64,000 nt of DNA from Gammaproteobacteria bacterium (GCA_041565075.1 JBFGOQ010000003.1:16394-80393), one strand, 5' to 3'; positions 9,271-18,017 are shown, counted from the first letter of the stretch. Notes: generated from the sequence alone by a model not told the origin. Made by a program: numbers and translations.

Positions 9271-10527
9271 ATGTATCAGGCGTTGAAGCTTTATGTTGTG
9301 GTAAGCCTTGCCGGCCTGTCCCTGCTGGGCGGTTGTGGGGAGGCCCCGGCACCTGCTACCGAGGGTATTCCGGAGGGAATCTGGCGCATCGAGTTCACGG
9401 TTCCCGGTGGCATGTTGCCAGTGGGTCTGGCCCTCGAGCGGACCGATGGCACACTGCAGGCAGCGTTTATCAATGGCAGCGAGCGAGTAGAGGTACCCGA
9501 TGTCATAGAAGATGGCAACACATTGACGCTTACTTTCCCCGCTTTTAACAACAAGCTGGAGGCACGCTGGGACGGACGCACGCTGAGCGGCACGCTGACG
9601 CTGATCAAGCGTGGCGGAGTCGTGCAGGCTGTTCCCTTCAAGGCGCGTCCCCGGATTGAATATCGTTTTGTGCCTGCCCAATCCAGCGCCGAGGTAGATA
9701 TTTCCGGACGATGGGGCGTAAGGTTTGTGGACGATGACGGTGAAATAACGCCAGCCATCGGAGAGTTCCGGCAAACGGGCAACGGAGTACAAGGCACCTT
9801 TCTGACCGAGACAGGTGATTATCGATTCCTTGCAGGCGAAGTAGTGGGCAGGCAGATGCTGTTATCTACCTTCGACGGCGCGCACCTTTTCTTGTTTTCT
9901 GCCGAGCTGGGCGATGACCAACAGTTGCGAGGAGATTTCTGGTCCGGCCTGGCCTGGCATGAAACGTGGACTGCGCGCCGCGACCCTGATGCCCGGCTGT
10001 CGGATGCCTATGCCAAGACATTTCTCAAACCCGGTTACGAGAAATTCGATTTCAGTTTTCCCGATGTCGATGGCCGTCCCGTCTCGCTCTCTGATCCGCG
10101 CTTCGATGGCAAAGTGGTTCTGGTAACCCTGGCGGGCACCTGGTGCCCAAATTGTCATGACGAAGCGCGCTTCCTTGCCGGATTCTACCCGTCAATGAAG
10201 GACCAGGGGCTGGAAGTCGTGGCCTTGCTCTATGAGCATTTCGAAGATTTCGCCACGGCCGCTGAGCAGGCGCGCAAGTTCAGGGACGAACTGGGTATTC
10301 AGTATACTTTGCTGATTGCGGGATATTCCGACAAGCAAAGGGCTGCAGAAACCCTGCCCATGCTTAACAAGGTCCTGGCGTTTCCCACCATGATTTTCCT
10401 GGGCCGGGATGGCGAGGTGAAACGCATACATACCGGGTTTACGGGGCCCGGCACTGGTGAGCATTACACACGTTTCGTCACAGAATTCGAACACTACGTG
10501 CAATCTTTGCTTGACGAATCGGCCTGA
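9271..10527 (+). CDS. TlpA-family thiol:disulfide oxidoreductase lipoprotein with ~250-aa N-terminal beta-rich extension
   Basis: AGGAGA lies 6 nt before the ATG at 9271. Lipobox LSLLGGC. C-terminal thioredoxin fold with WCPNC active site (VVLVTLAGTWCPNCHDE). The 580-aa ORF from 8785 is an artefactual extension. Confidence 0.8.
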   Translation: MYQALKLYVVVSLAGLSLLGGCGEAPAPATEGIPEGIWRIEFTVPGGMLPVGLALERTDGTLQAAFINGSERVEVPDVIEDGNTLTLTFPAFNNKLEARWDGRTLSGTLTLIKRGGVVQAVPFKARPRIEYRFVPAQSSAEVDISGRWGVRFVDDDGEITPAIGEFRQTGNGVQGTFLTETGDYRFLAGEVVGRQMLLSTFDGAHLFLFSAELGDDQQLRGDFWSGLAWHETWTARRDPDARLSDAYAKTFLKPGYEKFDFSFPDVDGRPVSLSDPRFDGKVVLVTLAGTWCPNCHDEARFLAGFYPSMKDQGLEVVALLYEHFEDFATAAEQARKFRDELGIQYTLLIAGYSDKQRAAETLPMLNKVLAFPTMIFLGRDGEVKRIHTGFTGPGTGEHYTRFVTEFEHYVQSLLDESA

Positions 10528-10533
10528 GAGCCT

Positions 10534-10899
10534 ATGGCTAATGCACCCGACAGCGGACAGCTTGCTGTGTTGCGCGACAAGCTGCTGCAGGAACGCCTGA
10601 AATTGCTGGAAAGCCTGGCGGCGAATGCGTCTGCGGCCGACACCGTTGAGCTTGACCAGGCCCGCCAGGGACGGGTGAGCCGCATCGACGCTTTGCAGCA
10701 ACAGGCGATGGCGGTTGCGGGTCAGCTTGGCGGCCGTGCGCGCCTGGCCGCGATCGAGGAGGCACTGGCGCGTGTCCAGGGCGGTGCGTACGGCGAATGC
10801 CTGGAATGTGGCGAGGCGATAGATCCGGCGCGGCTTGCTGCACGCCCGGAGGTGCGATTGTGTATTGCCTGCAAAACGCGAAGTGAAGAAACTCGCTAG
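10534..10899 (+). CDS. DksA/TraR-family C4 zinc-finger protein
   Basis: C-terminal CLECGEAIDPARLAARPEVRLCIAC (CxxC-N17-CxxC) follows a coiled-coil region. Size is 121 aa. Confidence 0.8.
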   Translation: MANAPDSGQLAVLRDKLLQERLKLLESLAANASAADTVELDQARQGRVSRIDALQQQAMAVAGQLGGRARLAAIEEALARVQGGAYGECLECGEAIDPARLAARPEVRLCIACKTRSEETR

Positions 10900-10951
10900 C
10901 ATAGGGCAGGACTGAAGGGAGACGATCACGGGCGCGCTAAGCACAATTGAA

Positions 10952-12571
10952 GTGGCCAGTCTTATCGGTGGGCTGGGATTATTCCTGTTGGGCATGAACA
11001 TCATGACCCAGGGCCTGCGTCTGGCGGCCGGGCATGCGTTGCCGCGTATTCTGTTTGGCTGGACACGCACCCCGATTCGCGGCATCGCGACCGGCGCAAT
11101 GATTACAGCGCTGGTGCAGTCCTCCAGTGCGGTAACGGTTGCAACGCTCGGTTTCGTTAATGCCGGGCTTATAGGTCTTGCGCAGGCCAGCACGGTAATC
11201 TACGGGGCTAACCTCGGTACAACCATGACCAGCTGGCTGGTTGCCCTGCTGGGGTTCAAGGTCAATCTCAAGCTGCTGGCATTACCCCTTATAGGTGCCG
11301 GCATGTTGTTGCGTCTGGGCGGAGGCGAATCCAGACGTGCCGGGTTTGGTGAGGCTCTGGCGGGCTTCGCGCTGTTCTTTCTCGGCATCGATCTGTTGGT
11401 CAGCGGCTTTGGCGATATCGGCGAGAATTTTCAACTTGCCTTGCTGTCGCAGCCTGGCCTGATCGCGCTGCTGGCCGCCGTGGTATCGGGTTTTGTGCTG
11501 ACGGCCCTGGTGCAATCTTCCAGCGCAGCCACAGCTGTCGCCCTGACCGCGACTGCAGGCGGCTTGATATCGATAAACAATGCAGCGGCCATGGTGATTG
11601 GCGCCAACCTGGGAACGACTACAACGGCCGTTCTCGCAGCGCTGTCCGCGACAGCTAATGCCCGGCGAGCGGCAAGCGTTCACGTGCTGTTCAATATTGT
11701 CGCCGGGATCGTGGCGCTCATGTTGCTGCCAGGGCTGCTGTTCCTGTTGCAGACGGCCTGGTCCCTGACGGGGGCGGCGCCGGAACCTGCCACATTTCTG
11801 GCGCTCTTTCACACTTTGTTTAATGTGGTTGGCGTAATAATCATGGTGCCCCTGACCGGACGCATTTTGCTGGCGCTGGAGCGCCGATTCGTGAGTGCGG
11901 AGGAAAGCGAAGCAATCCCCAGATTTCTCGACAGCAATACGCTGCAGACCCCGATGCTGGCGATAAATGCCCTTTACCGGGAACTCGAACGTATGGGCGC
12001 CATGGTGAGGAAAGCAGCCCGCGCAGTAATATCCAGCGAGCACCCGGATCGTGCCGCGCTTAGTCGCGAGCGTTTCAGCATAGATAGCCTGGCAGATGCC
12101 TGCTGGAAATTTGTTGCAGACTTGCAGCGGACGCGCCTGCCCGAAGCAATGCATGACAGCCTGGTGGCCGGCTCGCGGGTGGCCCGCTATTACGTGGAAC
12201 TTTGCGATTTTGCGGACAGCATAACTGAGAGCCTCGAGCAAGACACGCCTAGTGAGGTGCCCGAAGAGCTTGCCGAGGCCATCGATACATTTAAGCTCAA
12301 GATACTGGTGGTGGTTGATGGCCTGGTGCCCGAGATGACTGCATCATCCGCGGTAGATGTCGAAGTCGAGATTCGCGCTTTGAAGTCGGAATACCAACTG
12401 CTGAAGACGCAGTTTCTGAAACTTGGCTCTACCGGCAGCTTGTCTGTGCGGCGTATGGTGAGAGAGCTTGAGATACTCAGCGAAATGCGCCGCATGGCGG
12501 AAACTGGGTTAAAGGCATCTCACTATCTGTTGCTTCTCAAGCGTTCCTGCACCGAGACAGTGACGGTCTGA
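10952..12571 (+). CDS. Na+/phosphate cotransporter family protein (YjbB/NptA-like) with PhoU-like C-terminal domain
   Basis: Duplicated QSSSA motifs (LVQSSSAVTVATLGF and LVQSSSAATAVAL) and GANLGTT repeats are typical of Na/Pi-cotransporter II-related proteins. The soluble C-terminal ~200 aa is helical. The GTG start is uncertain. Confidence 0.85.
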   Translation: MASLIGGLGLFLLGMNIMTQGLRLAAGHALPRILFGWTRTPIRGIATGAMITALVQSSSAVTVATLGFVNAGLIGLAQASTVIYGANLGTTMTSWLVALLGFKVNLKLLALPLIGAGMLLRLGGGESRRAGFGEALAGFALFFLGIDLLVSGFGDIGENFQLALLSQPGLIALLAAVVSGFVLTALVQSSSAATAVALTATAGGLISINNAAAMVIGANLGTTTTAVLAALSATANARRAASVHVLFNIVAGIVALMLLPGLLFLLQTAWSLTGAAPEPATFLALFHTLFNVVGVIIMVPLTGRILLALERRFVSAEESEAIPRFLDSNTLQTPMLAINALYRELERMGAMVRKAARAVISSEHPDRAALSRERFSIDSLADACWKFVADLQRTRLPEAMHDSLVAGSRVARYYVELCDFADSITESLEQDTPSEVPEELAEAIDTFKLKILVVVDGLVPEMTASSAVDVEVEIRALKSEYQLLKTQFLKLGSTGSLSVRRMVRELEILSEMRRMAETGLKASHYLLLLKRSCTETVTV

Positions 12572-12587
12572 ATAAGCTGGTTTTGTA

Positions 12588-13262
12588 TTAATCGCCAAGA
12601 AACGACGTATAAGCATCCAGTGACTTACGCCCGATATCAGGCACCTTGCAGCCGGCCGCCGGGTAGCCCGTAACAAGCAGCAAAAAGGGTCTTTCATTGG
12701 TCGGCCGATTGAGGATTTTGTTCAGAAATTTCATTGGGCTCGGCGTGTGTGTAAGTGTCGCCAGGCCGGCATGGTGCAAGGCCGTGATGAGAATGCCGGT
12801 GGCGAGGCCCACCGACTCGGTCGGATAGTAGTGTTTGACTTTGCGTCCGTCGGGCAGGCGTCCATACTTCTGGGCAAATACCGCGATCAGCCACGGGGCG
12901 GTTTCCAGAAACGGCTTGTTCGAGTCCGTGCCCAGTATGGCAAGAGCTTCCAGCCACTCTGCTGATGCCCGATGTTCGTAAAAGTGTCTTTCCTCCAGTT
13001 CCGCGGCAACACGAATTTCGCGCTTGACCTTGTGATCGGCAATCGCGACAAAATGCCAGGGCTGCATATTGGCACCGCTGGGAGCGGTACCCGCAGCTTT
13101 GAGACATTCCTCTATCAGCATCTTCGGAACAGGTCGCTCCGAGAATTCCCGCACCGATCGGCGTTTTGCGACTTCCTGGTAGAACGACTGCGCTCGCGCA
13201 AGCATTTCCGGTTCGGAAAAGCTCGGCGCATCCTTTAGCGGTACGTAGCGGGGGTCAGTCAT
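12588..13262 (-). CDS. Nitroreductase-superfamily flavoprotein, iodotyrosine-deiodinase (IYD)-like subgroup
   Basis: [51 protein letters not shown] and LLLVTGYP are colinear with IYD-type dehalogenases as remembered. The start overlaps the ycgN stop by 8 nt. Confidence 0.75.
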   Translation of the reverse strand: MTDPRYVPLKDAPSFSEPEMLARAQSFYQEVAKRRSVREFSERPVPKMLIEECLKAAGTAPSGANMQPWHFVAIADHKVKREIRVAAELEERHFYEHRASAEWLEALAILGTDSNKPFLETAPWLIAVFAQKYGRLPDGRKVKHYYPTESVGLATGILITALHHAGLATLTHTPSPMKFLNKILNRPTNERPFLLLVTGYPAAGCKVPDIGRKSLDAYTSFLGD

Positions 13263-13713
13263 GGTTGAAGTTCCGTTGCAAATCCACTAACAAGGCAGGA
13301 ATCTCACTCTCGTGAATATGGTCTTCAGAAATCAGTTGCCCGCGCACAGAGATGCCAGCTTCGTGAACCGAGTCAGTGCTGCCCGAAATCAGCGGGTGCC
13401 ACCAAGACAGCTTCTTGCCTTGCGCGAGCCGGCGATAAGCACAGCTTTGCGGCAGCCAGTCAAATTCGCGCACCGTGCGCGGGTCGAGTACCGCACAATC
13501 CGGAACCCTGCGGGCACGATTGGCGTAATCCGTGCAGCGGCAAGCTTCGGTATCGAGCAAGCGGCAGGCCGCCCGGGTGTAATGAATTTTCTTGCTTGCG
13601 GGGTCCTGCAGCTTCACGGCACAGCAACGCCCGCAACCGTCGCACAAGCTCTCCCATTGCTCATCGCTCATCTCGTCGAGTGTTAGCGTTTCCCAGAAAG
13701 GCCGCTTGCTCAT
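13255..13713 (-). CDS. ycgN: YcgN-family cysteine-cluster protein (UPF0260)
   Basis: [41 protein letters not shown] and [23 protein letters not shown] are near-colinear with E. coli YcgN as remembered. ATGA overlap with the upstream yihG-like gene. Confidence 0.9.
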   Translation of the reverse strand: MSKRPFWETLTLDEMSDEQWESLCDGCGRCCAVKLQDPASKKIHYTRAACRLLDTEACRCTDYANRARRVPDCAVLDPRTVREFDWLPQSCAYRRLAQGKKLSWWHPLISGSTDSVHEAGISVRGQLISEDHIHESEIPALLVDLQRNFNHD

Positions 13714-14600
13714 GACCTGATCTCGCCTATGCGGGCGTCTTTTTCTTCCCAGATGTCGGTTACCCAGCGCTGAAACCGATCACGGTACGCCGGATCTTCC
13801 AGATAGTCGCCCTGCAATAGTTCGCGAGGAATCTCCAGCTTGCGCACGTGTACCACGATGTGGCGAATGCGCCCCGATAACAATGTCCAAAAACTCGGAT
13901 CAGCGCCCGGGTAAACGATGGTGACATCCAGCAGGGAGTGAAATTTTTCGCCCAGCACAGAAACTGCGAAGGCGATACCGCCAGCACGCGGAGGCAGCAA
14001 ATGTTCAAAGCTGGATGCACGTGTAGCATGTTTTTCATCGGTAAAGCGCGTGCCTTCAAGAAAGTTAATTACCGATGTAGGGTTCTGCCGAAATTTCTCA
14101 CAGGCTTTGCGAGTGGTTTCCAGATCCCGGCCCTTCAGCTCGGGGCGCGCCTGCAGTTGTGCTCGTGAGTAGCGTTGCATGAAAGGCATGTCCAGTGCCC
14201 ACCAGGCAAACCCCAGCATGGGCACCCACATCAGCTGTTTTTTGATGAAAAACTTCAAGAACGGAATGCGGCCCACAAATACATACTGCAAAACCGGAAT
14301 GTCCACCCAGGTTTGATGGTTGGCGGCGACCAGATACCATTGCTCGCGTCGGAGGTCCTGCAGCCCATCAATTTCCCAGCGAATATCGAGGAGGAGGTCG
14401 AGCAGAGCGCTGTTTACTCTGACCCAGTTTTCTGCGCACCAGACCAGGCCTTTGGCGAGCCGTTTCTGCACGATGTCGATGGGCAGCACGAGCTTGAACA
14501 GTCCAAGTATCAGGATCGGCACGAACCACAATAGTGTGTTCAGGATCAGGATCATCGATGAGATGACACCGCGGAGGAATTCAGCCGTCTTCTTGATCAT
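13710..14600 (-). CDS. yihG: YihG-like lysophospholipid/1-acylglycerol-3-phosphate acyltransferase
   Basis: NHQTWVDIPV (HX4D acyltransferase motif), FFIKKQLMWVPMLGFAWWALDMPFMQRYSRA and NFLEGTRFT match E. coli YihG as remembered. N-terminal TM segment present. Confidence 0.85.
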   Translation of the reverse strand: MIKKTAEFLRGVISSMILILNTLLWFVPILILGLFKLVLPIDIVQKRLAKGLVWCAENWVRVNSALLDLLLDIRWEIDGLQDLRREQWYLVAANHQTWVDIPVLQYVFVGRIPFLKFFIKKQLMWVPMLGFAWWALDMPFMQRYSRAQLQARPELKGRDLETTRKACEKFRQNPTSVINFLEGTRFTDEKHATRASSFEHLLPPRAGGIAFAVSVLGEKFHSLLDVTIVYPGADPSFWTLLSGRIRHIVVHVRKLEIPRELLQGDYLEDPAYRDRFQRWVTDIWEEKDARIGEIRS

Positions 14601-14701
14601 GCCGTTTGACCGTTACCTGAAAGTCCCCAAACCAGAGTCCACCGCATAATTCGCTCATTGATAGCGCCCCGGGTTTGCGATTGCTAGGATGTTACTTGAG
14701 C

Positions 14702-15724
14702 ATGCGCGCCTTAACCACAAGCGCCCTGGCGGCCCTTTTTCACTTGCTGGTTGCGGACGGCCATGCGGCGGTATATCCATTGCCGCCGGATGGGCAGCAC
14801 ATCATTGGTGAAACCAGCTCAGCGATCGCAAAAGAAGAGGATACGCTGCTTGATATCGCACGCCTGCACGGTGTCGGTTATGCCGATATTGTTGCCGCCA
14901 ACCCCGATGTTGACCCCTGGTTGCCAGGCGAGGGTACAAGAATCTTGTTACCTACGCGCTATTTATTGCCTCCCGGTCCACGCCAGGGGTTGGTACTGAA
15001 CCTGCCCGAGATGCGTCTTTACTATTTTCCGCCGCCTGAAAGTCAAGAAGACCCTGTTGTGATGACCTTCCCGGTCAGCGTCGGACGCATGGACTGGTCA
15101 ACACCCCTGGGTACCACCAGAGTGGTGAGCAAAGCCAGCCGCCCCAGCTGGTATCCGCCTGCCTCAGTGCGCAAGGAGGCCTTGCAGGAGGGGCGGGAGT
15201 TGCCACCGGTGGTGCCGCCGGGACCGGACAACCCCCTGGGCCAATATGCTTTGCGCCTTGCCATCCCGGGTTATCTTATACATGGCACCAACCGTCCGGC
15301 CGGCGTGGGCATGCGGGCGACTCATGGCTGTGTGCGCATGTATCCGGAAGACATCGAGTTTTTGTTTAACAAGGTGTCGATCGGCACTCCTGTGCGGATC
15401 GTTAATCTGCCATTCAAAGCCGGCTGGAGTGAGGATCGCCTGTACCTCGAGGCGCATGAGCCCCTGGAAGAGGACGAGGCCAGCCGCCAGAAAGGTCTCA
15501 CGGCGCTGACGGAACTCGTGGTAAATGCTACACAGGAACGCCAGGCAAGCGTCGACTGGGACCTGCTCGAGCGTGTTTTTCACGAGTCGCTTGGCGTGCC
15601 GCTGCCGACCGGCTCGGCGTCGGAGCAGGCGGTCGCCGCGGTTAATCTGTCGGAGCTGGATGGCTGGTGCGCAGCGGGCAGCGTATCCGCACTTTGCCAG
15701 GCCAGCGAGCAAGGCAAAAAATAA
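14702..15724 (+). CDS. L,D-transpeptidase with LysM-like domain (YkuD/ErfK/YcfS family)
   Basis: Signal peptide MRALTTSALAALFHLLVADGHA. LysM-like DTLLDIARLHGVGYADIVAANP. YkuD catalytic motif IHGTNRPAGVGMRATHGCVRMYPEDI. ATG at 14702 is preferred to the TTG at 14675. Confidence 0.85.
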   Translation: MRALTTSALAALFHLLVADGHAAVYPLPPDGQHIIGETSSAIAKEEDTLLDIARLHGVGYADIVAANPDVDPWLPGEGTRILLPTRYLLPPGPRQGLVLNLPEMRLYYFPPPESQEDPVVMTFPVSVGRMDWSTPLGTTRVVSKASRPSWYPPASVRKEALQEGRELPPVVPPGPDNPLGQYALRLAIPGYLIHGTNRPAGVGMRATHGCVRMYPEDIEFLFNKVSIGTPVRIVNLPFKAGWSEDRLYLEAHEPLEEDEASRQKGLTALTELVVNATQERQASVDWDLLERVFHESLGVPLPTGSASEQAVAAVNLSELDGWCAAGSVSALCQASEQGKK

Positions 15725-15750
15725 AACGCCGCGACCCCGGGCCGCGGCGT
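15715..15750 (-). terminator. Rho-independent terminator of the lpp-like gene
   Basis: On the minus strand: ACGCCGCG-(9 nt loop)-CGCGGCGT, an 8-bp GC stem, followed by TTTTATTTTTT. It begins 17 nt after the stop of the lipoprotein gene, and the T-tract overlaps the stop of the convergent ldt gene. Confidence 0.8.
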
Positions 15751-15767
15751 CATCGCAATAGCATGTC

Positions 15768-16088
15768 TTATTTGGACATGGCTTTCTTGAACATGCGCTC
15801 CATGCGAGCGGTGTTGGCATCGCAGCAAGCCTGGGCACTGCCGGCGGCGGCCCTGGCCGCATCAGCGCTTTCTTTGGCGCTGCTCGCCATGCTGCGCGCA
15901 TCCGCAGCGGCACTGCCGGCTTCGCGTGCCGCTGCCAGCGCCGCTGCCGCATCCTGAGACGCTTTTTGTGCCATCTGACGGGCTTCGTCCAACTGGGTTT
16001 GCATACTGGTACTGGCGCAACCTGAAGCCATGCCCAATCCGCCGAGCATGACAAGCAAGATCACCCATTTTTTGATCATTGTGTTCAT
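15768..16088 (-). CDS. Alanine-zipper major outer-membrane lipoprotein (Lpp/OprI-like) with C-terminal Lys
   Basis: Lipobox LGMASGC. Ala-rich heptad-like body (AAAALAAAREAGSAAADARSMASSAKESADAARAAAGSAQ). C-terminus ERMFKKAMSK ends in Lys, as in Lpp (..YRK) and OprI (..SRK). AAGGAAA RBS and a strong terminator are present. Confidence 0.75.
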   Translation of the reverse strand: MNTMIKKWVILLVMLGGLGMASGCASTSMQTQLDEARQMAQKASQDAAAALAAAREAGSAAADARSMASSAKESADAARAAAGSAQACCDANTARMERMFKKAMSK

Positions 16089-16442
16089 TAGGGTTTCCTT
16101 GAGAATTTACGTTGTTGTCTGATGGGCTTTTACTACAAACCCCACTTCTGTCTACGTGGTAACACGTATATCCAATGGTCTTTCAAAGCGTAGCAGACCG
16201 CCGCATAAATGGTGGCCGCGACGAACCATGCGGGGAAATAATGCGATGAACAAACGGGATGCGCAAGGCATCGCATCGCACAAAGCATTTTGCAGCGCCC
16301 GGTTGGCCCTTCGTTCAAGGCGACAGATTTAGGTCAGCAGCACGCGGCACGAAGGTGGAGAATGCAGCTCAGTTTGCAACCTTTTGCGCCGGGCAGGCAT
16401 CTAAGGATCAAAGCCAAGCGAAAAACGGCGGAGACTGCAGCC

Positions 16443-16661
16443 ATGGAAAAGACGAACAAAGCCGGTGCCATGAAGTCCTGGACCTGTGTTCTCATGCTGA
16501 CCTTTCTTTTGCCAACCGGCGCGTTCCAGCTGACGAATACACTTTTTGCTGCAACTGCACAAGCCGGGCAGCGCGTCACTGCTTACCTGTATAAGCCGGA
16601 GGTCGCAGCCGATTCACCGGTAGTTGCCTGTCCCGAGTTGGCCAGGGCCGAAATTCTTTAA
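16443..16661 (+). CDS. Hypothetical small secreted protein (72 aa)
   Basis: GGAGA lies 9 nt upstream of the ATG at 16443. MEKTNKAGAMKSWTCVLMLTFLLPTGAFQLTNTLFAATAQA looks like a signal peptide with an AxA site, leaving a mature peptide of about 31 aa. No homology recognised, so it could be non-coding. Confidence 0.3.
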   Translation: MEKTNKAGAMKSWTCVLMLTFLLPTGAFQLTNTLFAATAQAGQRVTAYLYKPEVAADSPVVACPELARAEIL

Positions 16662-16708
16662 GTCGGAATCAGTGCAATCCCGCGCCCGGTTTCCCTGAGG
16701 GACGCCGG

Positions 16709-17506
16709 ATGCTAGGTTTGCCGTCGCGGCGACCCGGCCGCGGCGGGAATGCGGTGGCACTTATGCAGCAGGAAGGCAGCTGGTCGGCAGAGCGCCTCGC
16801 CAGGTTGCCGCAAAAGAACGGCTTTCGCTTGCGCGGCCTCGAAATGACGCGTCTCGAAACTTTTGCCGATGCGGCATTTGCTTTTGCGGTGACCATGCTG
16901 GTGATCTCGATTGACATGATCCCGGGGAATCTGGAGGAGCTGATGCTGGCCCTTAAAGGGGTTCCTGCATTCGCTGCGAGCTTTGCTTCCATCGGGCTTG
17001 TTTGGGCGGGGCATAACCGCTGGAGCCGTCGCTATGGCCTCGAAGATGGTGCGACTACGGTGCTGACGCTGACACTCATTTTTGTCATGTTGGTCTACCT
17101 GTACCCTCTGAAGCTCGTGTTCTCGTCATTTTTCGCATGGTTGAGTGGCGGATGGTTGCCCTCAGAGTTCGAGATTGGCAGTGTGCGCGAGATCGCGGCC
17201 CTGTTCATCGTTTACGGCGTGGGCTTTGCCGTTGTCTCTGCCGTCATGGCCTTGCTCTACGCGCGTGCACTCCAGATTGCCGCAGATCTGGCACTCGATG
17301 CTCGTGAAACAATACACACTCGTGGTGATGTCTTCGGCTGGCTCATTATGAGCGTTACTGGCCTGTTTTCGGCTCTCTTTGCCGTGCTCATGCCGGGCGA
17401 TTTCAAAGCTTTCGCGGGATTTGTCTACTTTATTCTCATGTTCGCAATGCCCTGGAATGCAATTCGTTTTGAACGCCTGGCACAGTCAGCAGGGCAACGA
17501 CTTTAA
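16709..17506 (+). CDS. TMEM175/DUF1211-family putative K+ channel
   Basis: RLETFADAAFAFAVTMLVISI matches the RxxxFSD-type first-helix motif of the family. About 6 TM segments. The true start is uncertain (ATG 16709, 16763 or 16844). Confidence 0.65.
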   Translation: MLGLPSRRPGRGGNAVALMQQEGSWSAERLARLPQKNGFRLRGLEMTRLETFADAAFAFAVTMLVISIDMIPGNLEELMLALKGVPAFAASFASIGLVWAGHNRWSRRYGLEDGATTVLTLTLIFVMLVYLYPLKLVFSSFFAWLSGGWLPSEFEIGSVREIAALFIVYGVGFAVVSAVMALLYARALQIAADLALDARETIHTRGDVFGWLIMSVTGLFSALFAVLMPGDFKAFAGFVYFILMFAMPWNAIRFERLAQSAGQRL

Positions 17507-17531
17507 GCGCAGCCAACGAGGACCAATAGAC

Positions 17532-17978
17532 ATGCGGGTCAGAATGATTCCACCAATATGGTTACTGCTGGCATTGATAGCGATGTCTGCATTGCACAGA
17601 TTTTTCCCCCTGGTACAAATATTTGACATGCCATACCGAACGCTGGGCGCCATTCCCGTGATTGCAGGTATTCTACTTGCCGCCATTGCGGCTGCTGAAT
17701 TCAGCAAGGCAGATACGCCGATCAGGCCTTTTGAGGATACAACTGCGCTGGTTACCACGGGGCCATTCAGGAAGAGCCGCAACCCGATGTATCTGGGCAT
17801 GGTCCTGACTGTGTGTGGCGTCGCGGTGCTGCTCGGCAGCCTTAGTCCCTGGCTGGTGTTGCCGGTGTTTGTTTGGGTCATACAAACGCGGTTTATAAAT
17901 GAGGAGGAGCGCATCCTCGCCGCGCAGTTTCCGCAGGATTACCCGGCATACCGCGACAAGGTTCGCCGCTGGTTCTGA
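17532..17978 (+). CDS. Isoprenylcysteine carboxyl methyltransferase (ICMT)/phospholipid methyltransferase family membrane protein
   Basis: 148 aa with 4 TM segments. TTGPFRKSRNPMYLGMVL and RFINEEERILAAQFPQDYPAYRDKVRRW are typical of the ICMT/PEMT superfamily. The ORF from 17379 overlaps the previous gene and is rejected. Confidence 0.7.
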   Translation: MRVRMIPPIWLLLALIAMSALHRFFPLVQIFDMPYRTLGAIPVIAGILLAAIAAAEFSKADTPIRPFEDTTALVTTGPFRKSRNPMYLGMVLTVCGVAVLLGSLSPWLVLPVFVWVIQTRFINEEERILAAQFPQDYPAYRDKVRRWF

Positions 17979-18017
17979 GCAGCACCACCCGTGACTGGCA
18001 TTTGGTAAGGTAGCGGA

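Noticed and set aside
8785-9792. N-terminal extensions of the two divergent ORFs (452 aa and 580 aa) that overlap each other
   Set aside because: Both real proteins begin at internal ATGs with a signal peptide or lipobox (9099 and 9271). The gene starting at 9271 has a good AGGAGA RBS. The extensions would put ~230 and ~160 aa of junk ahead of the signal peptides.
10192-12241. 333-aa and 319-aa minus-strand ORFs opposite the TlpA 3' end, the DksA-like gene and the Na/Pi transporter
   Set aside because: Antisense artefacts of GC-rich coding DNA. The sense-strand genes carry diagnostic motifs.
15164-16054. 296-aa minus-strand ORF overlapping the ldt and lpp-like genes
   Set aside because: It is out of frame with the lpp-like gene and antisense to ldt. 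It is Arg/Ala-rich with no signal or motif.
16133-16318. 61-aa minus-strand ORF in the lpp upstream spacer
   Set aside because: No RBS and no conserved-looking features. It is Cys/His-rich and looks like random translation.
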